DNA from: Octopus sinensis | Lineage: Eukaryota | DNA: 10,955 nucleotides | NCBI RefSeq assembly: GCF_006345805.1 | Contig: NW_021827198.1 | Span: 1 to 10,955, forward strand | Direction: 5' to 3' | In this document: positions 1-9,423 of the stretch, one piece after another | How the letters are laid out: each line of letters opens with the position of its first letter | Position numbering within the stretch: position 1 is the first letter of the stretch | The notes under the pieces: generated by a model | Databases searched by the model: none | The model's input: the letters and a program-made list of their open reading frames with translations, nothing else | Told to the model about the DNA's origin: nothing | Translations under genes and position numbers: made by a program

Positions 1-553
1 TATTGTCCATTGAGTGGGGCAAGGCTTATGAAGTGTCTGTCTGATCTTCAAGAGTAACTTTGCAAAACACCATTTGAATATTTATGGATATGTTTGCAAG
101 TTGAAGGTAAATGAAAGTTTTTTTCTTCATTAGAAAATAGGAGATTTTTGAACATTTTTATATTTTATTTCATAATGAAATAAACAAAACAGATTGCTTT
201 CTGAAAATTTTGTTATCTCTTGGGATATTTCTTTTCTTTTATTTTCCTTTTTTTTTTGTTATAAGCATGGTGACTTATGCAGATAACAAAGATTTACCTT
301 CAAGGAAAGTAAAAAAATGTATCACTATTGACATACAACCACGACTTAATCTGCAGTTGTGAGTGTGTATTATTTGATTTGAAAACTAATTACATCAAGA
401 TTTTATCATGATGCTGCTAGAATGAAGTTATTATGAAGAAAATCAGTTTCAGTTAAAGCATTTTCAAGGAATTTATTTATACAACTTCTCACCACAAAAA
501 AGTTGTGCTTATTGGAAGGGAGTGTGAAAGCAAATAAGAAAGCAAAAGTTTGA

Positions 554-1386
554 CATAATTAACGGGCTTCCAGAACCTTAGTTTCCCTGGAGTCCATGGA
601 TCTTCTTGAGCACTGTTTATCATTTGTCATCCCAAGCATTTATCATCTCTTCCATTAGCTTCTAAGTCCTGAGAACTTTTTCGTTTTACACCTTCCTGAA
701 TCTCCTTCTATCTCAAGTGTCATCCACTCTAAGCAAACAGTACCTCTTTATCCTCAGCTATACACATCACATGACCATACCAGCACAGCTTTCTCTCTCG
801 CATAGTTTATCAAATGCCTCTTATGTGCAATTTTTCTCTTAACACATTTATATTTTATTGTTCATGCACACATATGCTGCACATCCATACAAGCTTCATT
901 CCTTTCTAACCTCTGTATACCCTCGGCATACAGGACCCATTGTCTCATTAACATGTAGTATTGCTGTTTGTATACAAGCATTATACAATCTGCCTTTCTC
1001 TTTGAGAGAAGAACCTTTTGTTACCATCAAATGTAAGAGCTCTCTGAACTTTCTCCATCCTGTTATTATTCTAGCAACTTTCCTTTCAGCTCATCCTCCC
1101 ACACTGCTAATTAGACCAGCAGGGTAACACAAACCAAACGGTGTACAATCTCTTGGAAACTGTTTGGACATTCACGAAAACCTGTTTTTCTTGCACTCTT
1201 GTTATTCATTGCCACATACAAAGTCTACTTCCTCTATAATTCTTCCCTGTATTCCACTACACTTCTGGTCTGTCCATAGCTTGCTGATTGGGTACCCCAT
1301 GTGGAATTCCTACCCACTCCCTTTCCAACACACTAAAACATTGGTCTCTGCAAAGTTAACTCGGAGTCCATTTGATTCCAGGTTTT
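554..1386 (-). mobile_element. Old, decayed RTE-clade LINE fragment (C-terminal part of ORF2 plus probable short 3' end)
   Basis: Manual minus-strand translation gives NLESNGLRVNFAETNVLV, GVGRNS..KLWTDQKCSGIQGRIIEEVDFVCG, ARIITGWRKFRELLHLMVTKGSSLKEKGRLYNACIQTAILHVNET and ERKLCWYGHV. These are colinear with the young RTE in this window (GLESRGLRVNLAKTKVLI, GVGRNSIRCTQCKLWTHKRC..FVCG, ARIRIAWAKFRELLPLLVTKGLSLRVKGRLYDACVRTAMLHGSET, ERRLRWYGHV). Contains stops, frameshifts and deletions. The boundary near 554 is approximate. Confidence 0.88.
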
Positions 1387-1390
1387 ACTT

Positions 1391-1859
1391 ATGCATATAT
1401 GTATGTAACTATGTATGCAAATATATGCACACATGTTTGTGTGTGTGTGTGTATGCATATTGTGATATAAGCTCTTTCTGTATACAAACCACCTACACAT
1501 TCCCCTACCACAATACATACACACAATACATATACATACCTACATACAAAACTATACACATATATAGACTCATAAAACCAGGTGTATGGATGCTATTATA
1601 TAATGTCTCCTTCTCTCTCTCTCCCTCTCTCTCTCCCTCTCTCTCTCTCCCTCTCTCTCTCTCTCTATCCCTACACACACACACATACATGCCTACATGC
1701 ATGCCATTATATAAATAATCTCTTATTGTACATACACATATCCACACGTGCTCTCACACACACACACACACACACACACATGCCATTCACCTTTTCCAAA
1801 CTGTGTTCTGTTGCCAAAATATATTCAATATTTCCCTTTGATGATGCCTCATTATAAAC

Positions 1860-1900
<41 letters not shown>

Positions 1901-2209
1901 ACACATACCCTTTCTTTCTCTCACTCACTCTTTCGCTTTGTCTTTCTTTCTCCTTAAGTCTATCTACCTCTTCAAAACTCTATACATAGATACACACATA
2001 CATACATACATACATATATATATAAATACATATATACATATATACATATACATATATATATATATATACATATATACTATACATTATATATAATATATAT
2101 ATATATATATACATATAACATATATACATATATATATATAATATATATATTATATATAATATATATATATATAGATATATATATACATATATACATATAT
2201 ACATATTAC

Positions 2210-2263
<54 letters not shown>

Positions 2264-2560
2264 TATATATATTGTTGCATGCATATATATAACATGTATA
2301 TATAAAAATATATATAATCTTCTCTATGTGTCTCTCTCTCTCTCTCTCTTCTCTCTCTCTTTCTCTTCCATTTTCCCTTCACCACCACCACCACCACCAC
2401 CCTGCAGCTGCAGGGCAGAAACAAAAACAAAAACAAAAACAATGAAAAGAAAAAACATACAAACAAAATATAAACAAAGACAGTAAAAGTAAAAAAAAAA
2501 AACAAAAACAAAGCAAAACAAAATGAAAAACCAATCAATAAGAAAATCAAAAATCAATGA
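1391..2560. repeat. Compound microsatellite cluster: (TATG)/(TG), (CT)n, (CA)n, long (TA)n/(TACA)n, (CT)n, (ACC)n, A-rich (AAAAAC)-like
   Basis: Directly visible: (CT)n ~1610-1666, (CA)n ~1754-1780 and ~1861-1907, (TA)-rich ~1980-2265, (CT)n ~2330-2365, (ACC)n ~2378-2402, A-rich ~2418-2556. Confidence 0.97.
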
Positions 2561-2644
2561 AGCATGAATTAAACATCACATGATTTTTATTTACTTTTTT
2601 ATTTCTAATTTCCATTCCTTCTTACATATTTGTTCCTTTTTATT

Positions 2645-2712
2645 TTTATTCCATTTTATTTCATTTTATTTTATTTTATTTTATTTTATTTTATTTTATT
2701 TATTATATTTTC
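2645..2712. repeat. (ATTTT)n pentanucleotide microsatellite
   Basis: ttttattttattttatttt run visible at ~2660-2705, with T-rich flanks. Confidence 0.95.
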
Positions 2713-2967
2713 ACTATATTATTTCTCTTTCTTATTTTAATGTCTGAGCTATCCATTATGGAGTGGCTTCAGCAATCCACCCATGCCTTCCACTCACCAC
2801 CATTACTGGCCAGCGGACATTCCATTTATTTATTTATTTATTTTGGTTGTTCATTATGTCTATTGGTAGAACTGGTGCAGATATCCGTGTTACACACCAG
2901 TCATAATTCGGTCACGATTCCGCTCGTGAAAACAGCTGCATTCCTTTTAAAATAATGCAAAATTATT

Positions 2968-3768
2968 CCAGACACACCAAGTTACAACTCAGATGACACC
3001 AGTTACATCTCTGTCACAATGCAGACCACTCCATTTACACTCACTCACACCAAGTTTCATTTCAGTAACTACATAACCACTCCAGTTACATCTCTGTCAC
3101 AACCCACTTCACTCCAGTTACACCCAGTCACACCAACTTGCATCTCTGTCACAACCCAGACACTCTAGTTACATCACTGCTACAATCCAGACAACTCCAG
3201 TTACGTCCCAGTCTGGCCAAATTACATCACTGTCACAACCCAAATCACTTCAGTTACAACCTAATTACAACCTCGACTGCTTCAGTTACATACCAGTCAC
3301 AATAAGAATCCAGACCACACAAGTTACATCTCAATCACAACCCAAATTATTCAGTCACAACATAGACCACTCCAGTTACACCCAGTTACAACAGAGACCA
3401 CTCTAATAACATTTTAGTCACCCCAAGTTACACCCAATCACATAATTACACCTATTTCCAGTTACACCTCAGTCATTACCCAGACAACACAAGTTACATC
3501 CTAGTCACAACATAGACCACTCTGGTTACATCTTAATCACTCCAAGTTACACCCAACCACACAGTTACACTGGCTAGTCTTGTTACATCCCAGTCACAAC
3601 ACAGACCACACCTGTTACATCCCAGTTGCAACCTAGAACACTCTAATTACATTTCATTCATAACCTAAACCAGCAAGATTCCAGTTTCTCCATGTCACAA
3701 TAAGTGATGCACCAGCTACATTTCAGTCACACTCTAGTTACATTCCAGTCACAGATAAACACCAGTCA
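2968..3768. repeat. Degenerate minisatellite built from GTTACA/GTCACA cores; long unit ~31-32 bp (approx. CAGACCACTCCAGTTACATCYCWGTCACAACC) interspersed with shorter units
   Basis: About 19 exact GTTACA and about 12 GTCACA cores counted by eye in ~800 bp, all in the same orientation; recurring 'cagaccact' and 'ccagttacatc'. Confidence 0.85.
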
Positions 3769-3779
3769 CTATCTTGGAG

Positions 3780-4770
3780 AGATGGTAGTGATGGAGGAGG
3801 GTGGCAGGATGGTGGAGATGGTGACAGAGATGGTTGCGATGGTGATGGTGGTAATAATCATTGGGGTGGTTGTGATAGTGGTGGTGAAATAATGGCTGTG
3901 GTGATGGTGACAGCAATGTCAGTGGGGGTGGTCATGGTCATGATAGTGTTGGTCATCATGGTAGTGGTGATGGTAATAAAAGTGTGGTGTAGGTTGTAGT
4001 AGCAATGGTAAAGAACAGCGGCAAAAGCAGTGGTAGAGATGATCATGGTAGTGGCAGTGGTGGTGGGAAGTGGTAGATGTGGTGATAATGGTAGTGGGGG
4101 TGGGTATGGGGGGGCGTGATGGTGGTGATGGTGTTGGCAGTGGTGGTGATTATGGTGGTGGTGGTGGTGATGGTGGTGATGGTGGTGGTGGTGGTGGTGG
4201 TGGTGGTGGTGGTGGTGGTGGCTGTGATGGTGGTTGTGGTGGTTTTGGTGGTGGTGATGGTGGTGGTGGTGATGGTGGTGGTGGCGGTGGTGGTGATGGT
4301 GGTGGTTTTGGTTGTGGTGGTAATGGTGACGGTAGTGATGGTGGGGTGGTGGGGTTGCCCTTGATGGTGGGGATAGTGTTAACAGTAGTGACAGTGATGG
4401 TAGTGGTGGTGGTGGTGGTGGTGGTAGTGGTGGTGGTGTAGACAATGCTGGCGATGGTGTTGGCAGTGGTGGTGGTGGTTAGGGTGGTAGTGATGGTAGT
4501 GGTGGTGGTAATGGTGGTCATGATGGTAGCAATAGTGTTGGTACTAATGGTGGTGGTGGTGGTGGTGATGATGATGATGGTGGTGGCCATAATGGTAGTG
4601 GTAGTGATGATGGTGATAGACATGGTGGTGATGGTATGGGTGGTAGTCGTAGTGATGGTGGTGGTGATTTTGATGGTTGTCGCGATAAAGTTGGTGATGG
4701 TGAGAGGAGGATTAGTAACAAGGACGGTGATTGTCGTCACTGTGGTGGTGGTCACGGTTGTAGTGGTCGT
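3780..4770. repeat. ~1 kb imperfect (GGT)n/(GAT)n trinucleotide tract
   Basis: Near-pure (GGT)n core at ~4150-4310 with degenerate GGT/GAT/GTA flanks; source of the poly-Gly/Val/His/Pro/Thr ORFs. Confidence 0.97.
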
Positions 4771-4882
4771 GGCGCATATTAATGGAAATCTTCATAACCT
4801 CTGTAACAAAGGAAAAAAAACTTCGAATCCTCTCTAAGCCATTAAACCATTAAACAATTTAAATTAAGAAAATTTTTAAATA

Positions 4883-4918
4883 ATAACAACAACAACAACA
4901 ATAATAATAATAATAATA
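4883..4918. repeat. (AAC)n(AAT)n compound microsatellite
   Basis: aacaacaacaacaacaataataataataataat seen directly. Confidence 0.95.
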
Positions 4919-5136
4919 GCAATTAATTATCAAATACCATTATTAAAATAATTCTTCTCACTCAGACATCTTCAGTAAAGCACTCGAAAGAGAGTGAGAT
5001 ACCAGGAGTATACCACAGTCATTGTGATGGTTCTCCCTCTGCAGCCACCAACGATGTGTCCCACCCACCCCACCCCCGTTCTTTTGTTTTTATTAATGAA
5101 AAGACAAATTAAAACCTACATCCGTATGATAATCCT

Positions 5137-5365
5137 TCTTTCTTTCTTTCCTTCTTTCTTTCTTTCTTTCTTTCTTTCTTTTTTTCTGCTCTTTGACGAG
5201 TTTAAAAGACTTAAAAACCTTAAAACTTTAAGTATTTTGGAACTGAATCAACCAGTTAATGTGTATATGTATATATATGTGTATGTGTATGTATGTATGT
5301 ATGTATGTATGTATGTATGTATGTATGTATGTATGTATATATATATATCTATGTATATATATATG

Positions 5366-5396
<31 letters not shown>

Positions 5397-5436
5397 GTAT
5401 GTATATATATACATATATACATATATATATATATAT
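5137..5436. repeat. (TTTC)n followed by (TATG)n/(TA)n microsatellite; 5' flank of the RTE insertion
   Basis: (TTTC)n ~5137-5185; (GTAT)n ~5285-5337; (TA)-rich to 5436. Confidence 0.96.
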
Positions 5437-5451
5437 AGTGTTCCCGTCAGG

Positions 5452-8297
5452 AACACTGACGGGGTTGGTGGCGTGGGTATAATTATCGCTGAGAAATGGA
5501 TAGATAGAGTAATTGAGGTATCAGAGTAAGTGACAGAATACTTAAGATTAGAATAGTGCTTCATAATAGATTAGTCAACCATTATATCGGCCTATGCCCC
5601 TCAGCCAGGGCTACCCGATGACAGAAAGACAGTTTCTATGACACCCTACTGCAGACCACCTCATCGATGAACGACAGGGACCTTTCTTTGTGGCTGGTGA
5701 TTTCAATGGGCATGTTGGACGACATGCTGGGGGCTTCCATGGCGTACATGGAGGCTACGGTTATGGTTCCCGCAACGAGGAGGGAACCAGGCTGCTGGAG
5801 TTCTGCGATGCGAATAGTCTTATGGTCTGCAACACTAACTTCAGGAAACCCACAAGCCACCTGGTCACCTACCGATCGGGCCGGCATACTAGCCAAATCG
5901 ACTACATCCTTGCCAGAAAAAGGGAAAGATGGCTGCTTAAAAATGCCAAAACCTTCCCAGGTGAAGAATGCACCCCACAACATAGACTGGTAGTTAGTGA
6001 CTTTAGGATCAGGACTAAGAGGGCGACTAGAAGACGACCAACATGGAGAAGAAGGGTCTGGAAGCTTAAAGCCCCTGCGAATGGACAGAAGATTTAGAGA
6101 TATGTTACTTGAAGCCTTTGACGAAGTGGAAGGGGGTATAGCTACACATGGGGTAGAAGACAACTGGACGTTTCTGAGGGACAACCTGCTGAAAGCCGCT
6201 GACCAGATCTGTGGCTGGTGCAAAGTCCCCTTAAACCCCAAATAACGTGGTGGTGGAACAATATTGTTGACAGGGCTATTAGACAAAAGAAACAGGCTTG
6301 GAAGGCCTGGAAGAACGGTGGTAGCAGGGGGGTATCAGACTGCCAGAAGGAAGCTAGGAGACAGGTCTATCTAGCCAGAGGGGAAGCAGATAAGAGAAAA
6401 TTTGCCAATGTCCTGCGCCGTGAGGATGAAAGACTTGAGGTATTTCGTGTTGCAAGACAGTGTGTGAGAGAGAATCGTGATGTGGTAGGAGAGAAATGTG
6501 TTCGCATGGAGGATGGTTCACTTGCGCTAAATGAGGATGCAAAGAGAGAAGCTTGGAGACGCCACTATGAAAGGTTACTGAATGAGGAAAATGAATGGGA
6601 TAAGAGAGTCTGCCGAATGTTGACCCTACAGAGGGACCAGCTATCCGAGTTGATAGTTCCGTGGTAGCTAAGGCAATTAGAAGCATGAAGACAGGGAAAG
6701 CCCCAGGCCCATCAGGAATTACTGCAGAGATGCTCAAATATCTGGCAGTGTCGGCTATAACCTAGTCACCCGTATAGTCAACCAGGTGATACACGAAGGA
6801 GTCATACCCAATGACTGGTGCAGCAGCATACTAGTCAACTGCTACAAAGGTAAGGTGATGCCCTAGATACAAATAATTACAGAGGTATCAAGCTGTTGGA
6901 TCAAGTAATGAAGGTTACGGAGAGGGTCATAGCCCAACTATCAGAGAGAGAGTTAGTTTAGATGAGATGCAGTTTGGGTTCGTGCCAGGAAAAAGTACCA
7001 CTGATGCTATTCCTGGTAAGGCAGCTGCAGGAGAAATACCTAGCCAAAGATAAGCCCCTGTACCTGGCTTTCGTTGACATGGAGAAAGCTTTTGATAGGG
7101 TCCCCCGATCCCTTATCTGGTGGTCAATGAGGAAACTAGGGATAGATGAATGGCTGGTGAGACTGTGCAAGCCATGTACAGAGATGCCGTAAGTAAGGTT
7201 AGGGTTGGCAACATGTACACAGAAGAATTCAAAGTAGAGGTTGGGGTCCACCAGGGTTCAGTACTCAGCCCCCTCCTATTTATCATAGTACTCCAGGCAA
7301 TTACGGAGGAATTCAAGACAGGCTGTCCCTGGGAGCTCCTCTACGCTGACGACCTTGCTCTTATTGCTGAGTCACTATCAGAACTGGAGGAGAAGTTCCA
7401 GGTGTGGAAGGAGGGTTTAGAATCAAGGGGCCTTAGAGTCAACCTAGCTAAAACCAAAGTACTAATAAGTAGAAAGGTAGACAATCCACAAATATCTTCA
7501 GGAAGATGGCCCTGCTCGATCTGTAGAAAAGGTGTAGGTAGAAACTCTATAAGATGTACCCAGTGTAAGCTATGGACACATAAGAGGTGCAGCAATGTCA
7601 AAGGTAGGCTAACTGGGAAGATAGTTTTTGTATGTGGCAGATGCTCGGGAGCATTAACCTCCGAAAATCTGCAGAAAACAACTTCCGTCACTTTCCAGGG
7701 GGAAAAACTAGAAGTAGTTGATAGCTTCCGTTATCTAGGTGACCAAGTCAATAGTGGGGGTGGGTGCGCTGAAAGTGTAACTGCTAGAATAAGAATAGCC
7801 TGGGCAAAGTTTAGGGAGCTCTTACCTCTGCTGGTGACTAAAGGCCTCTCGCTCAGAGTAAAAGGCAGACTGTATGATGCGTGTGTACGAACAGCCATGC
7901 TACATGGCAGCGAAACATGGGCTGTGACTGCTGAGGACATGCGTAAGCTCGTGAGGAATGAAGCCAGTATGCTCCGATGGATGTGTAATGTCAGTGTACA
8001 TACTCGACAGAGCGTTAGCACCTTGAGAGAAATGTTGTACCTAAGAAGCATCAGTTGTGGTGTGCAGAGAGACGATTGCGCTGGTATGGTCATGTGGCGA
8101 GAATGGATGAAGATAGGTGTGTGAGAAAGTGCCAATCCCTAGCAGTTGAGGGAACCCGTGGAAGAGGTAGACCCAGGAAAACCTGGGACGAGGTGGTGAA
8201 GCACGACCTTCGAACTTTAGGCCTCACTGAGGAAATGACCAGAGACCGAGACCTTTGGAAATATTCTGTACATGAGAAGACCAGGCAGGACAAGTGA
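5452..8297 (+). pseudogene. RTE ORF2 (APE endonuclease + reverse transcriptase with internal PHD-like finger), split by ~15 small indels
   Basis: APE motifs: [16 protein letters not shown] (~5581-5604), AGDFNGHVG (~5693), SQIDYIL (5891-5911), PQHRLVV (5975-5995). RT motifs: KAPGPSG, NYRGIKLL, QFGFVPGKSTTDA, FVDMEKAFDRV, GVHQGSVLSPLLF, LYADDL (YADD at 7342-7353), FRYLG (7726-7740). Stop TGA at 8295-8297. The N-terminal APE catalytic motifs are missing because of the 5' truncation. Confidence 0.93.
7513..7644 (+). other. PHD-type C4HC3 zinc finger inserted inside the RT domain
   Basis: CSIC-x10-CTQC-x4(KLWT)-H-x2-C-x14-CGRC matches the C4HC3 PHD spacing, including W two residues before H. It lies between GLRVNLAKTKV and LEVVDSFRYLG. 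Confidence 0.8.
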
Positions 8298-8379
8298 GCC
8301 CAGCCCACTTATGAATGCCTTTCCTCCCTTGGACACAAAGACCGGTTGAGGCAAGCGAAGTCGATATAGAACCTCATCC

Positions 8380-8826
8380 ACGACAGACACCCATCCCAAC
8401 CCCCCATGCTTGCGAAGACATGTTGGGGCAAGCGAAATCGAAACCGAATTGAACCAGCCAGGATCCCTGGCCTGGTGACGTAAAAAAAAGCACTATCCGA
8501 CTCGGGGCCGTGGCACGTAAAATACTCCAATGCGACCGTACGACAGGCACCCATGCCACCCCCTTTGCTTGTGAAGACATGTTGGGGCAAGCGAAATCGA
8601 AATCGAATTGAACCAGCCAGGATCCCTGGTCTGGTGGTACGTAAAAAGCACTATCCGACTCGTGGCCGTGGCACGTAAAATACTCCAATGCGACCGTACG
8701 ACAGGCACCCTTGCCACCCCCTTTGCTTGTGAAGACATGTTGGGGCAAGCGAAATCGAAATCGAATTGAACCAGCCAGGATCCCTGGTCTGTGTGTACGT
8801 AAAAAGCACTATCCGACTCGTGGCCG
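8380..8826 (+). repeat. Tandem repeat in the RTE 3'UTR, ~2.8 copies of a 158-160 bp unit
   Basis: Units start with ACGACAG at 8380, 8540 and 8698 (160 bp, 158 bp, partial ~129 bp). Copies 2 and 3 are nearly identical and copy 1 is more diverged. A degenerate partial copy lies at ~8343-8378 (ggttgaggcaagcgaagtcga). Confidence 0.95.
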
Positions 8827-9095
8827 ATGCCCAGCACCGCCTCGACTGGCTTCCGTGCCGGTGGGACATAAAATACACCAATCTGACCGTGGCCGTTGCC
8901 AGCCCCGCCTGGCACCTGTGCAGGTGGCACGTAAAAAGCACCCACTACACTCACGGAGTGGTTGGCGTTAGGAAGGGCATCCAGCTGTAGAAACATTGCC
9001 AAATTAGACTGGAGCCTGGTGCAGCCTTCTGGCTTCCCAGAACCCCGGTCGAACCGTCCAACCCATGCTAGCATGGAGAACGGACGTTAAACGAC

Positions 9096-9116
9096 GATGA
9101 TGATGATGATGATGAT
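9096..9116 (+). repeat. (GAT)7 retrotransposon tail
   Basis: gatgatgatgatgatgatgat immediately after ggacgttaaacgac. Confidence 0.9.
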
Positions 9117-9178
9117 ATATACATATATATACACATATATACATATATATATATATGTATATGTATATGTACATATAC

Positions 9179-9210
<32 letters not shown>
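9117..9210. repeat. (TA)/(TACA)n then (TG)n microsatellite; 3' flank of the RTE
   Basis: Directly visible. Confidence 0.95.
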
Positions 9211-9423
9211 AAGCAATAATAAATCTCTAAGCGAGCTATAAACAGTAGCTGCAAGATATCATGAAGTATATTTGCCATTCAAATGTGGCTAACCCTCAAG
9301 GGTTGATGATACTGTAGCTTGTAGCCCCAGGAAGACATCTCCTCCATCTGGCTATTGACACACTGTGCCCTATAAGTATTTGCAAAGGGAAGTCATCTTT
9401 CGCATCTTCAACCTGACGTTATA

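Larger units (their letters stand above)
5450..9116 (+). mobile_element. Young RTE-clade non-LTR retrotransposon (LINE), 5'-truncated within the endonuclease, with a complete 3'UTR and (GAT)n tail
   Basis: Contiguous APE-RT coding remnant (5452-8297), ~800 bp 3'UTR, terminus ggacgttaaacgac(GAT)7 at ~9082-9116. The RTE assignment rests on the C-terminal motifs ERRLRWYGHV, RGRGRPRKTW and DRDLWK and the short-repeat tail, which are typical of RTE. Confidence 0.93.

Noticed and set aside
266-308. Possible small exon (polypyrimidine tract + AAG at 263-265, GT at 309; MVTYADNKDLPSRK)
   Set aside because: Weak donor, no recognisable protein, no partner exons.
1164-2557. Tyr/Ile-, His/Thr-, Cys/Val- and Phe-rich ORFs
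   Set aside because: Translations of (TA)n, (CA)n, (CT)n and A-rich microsatellites, or of the antisense strand of the old RTE.
2860-2906. SECIS element on the minus strand (AUGA followed by a stem and AA)
   Set aside because: The required GA on the 3' side of the core quartet is absent and there is no selenoprotein ORF.
3704-4837. Poly-His, poly-Gly, poly-Val, poly-Thr and poly-Pro ORFs of 62-201 aa
   Set aside because: Automatic products of the (GGT)n tract in multiple frames on both strands; no domain or splice support.
4966-4993. Possible micro-exon (ttcttctcactcag acceptor, GTGAGA donor; DIFSKALER)
   Set aside because: Splice-like signals of this quality occur by chance; no homology or transcript evidence.
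5636-8308. Minus-strand ORFs over the RTE (216 aa, 127 aa, 134 aa and others)
   Set aside because: Antisense shadows of ORF2 with no recognisable motifs.
8560-8615. HDV-like, twister or hammerhead ribozyme in the 3'UTR unit (hairpin followed by GCGAAA; GUGAAGA..CGAAA)
   Set aside because: No P1/P1.1/P2 partners found for an HDV fold, no twister core, and the hammerhead core lacks CUGA plus stems I and III.
8380-8826. CRISPR-like array
   Set aside because: Units are contiguous 158-160 bp tandem copies with no unique spacers, no cas genes, and a eukaryotic context.
8309-9074. ORFs in the RTE 3'UTR (124 aa, 193 aa and others)
   Set aside because: Arise from the GC-richer tandem repeat; repetitive peptides in shifting frames.
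5400-9160. Target-site duplication of the RTE
   Set aside because: Both flanks are TA microsatellite, so shared words cannot be distinguished from chance, and the best match is not adjacent to the tail.
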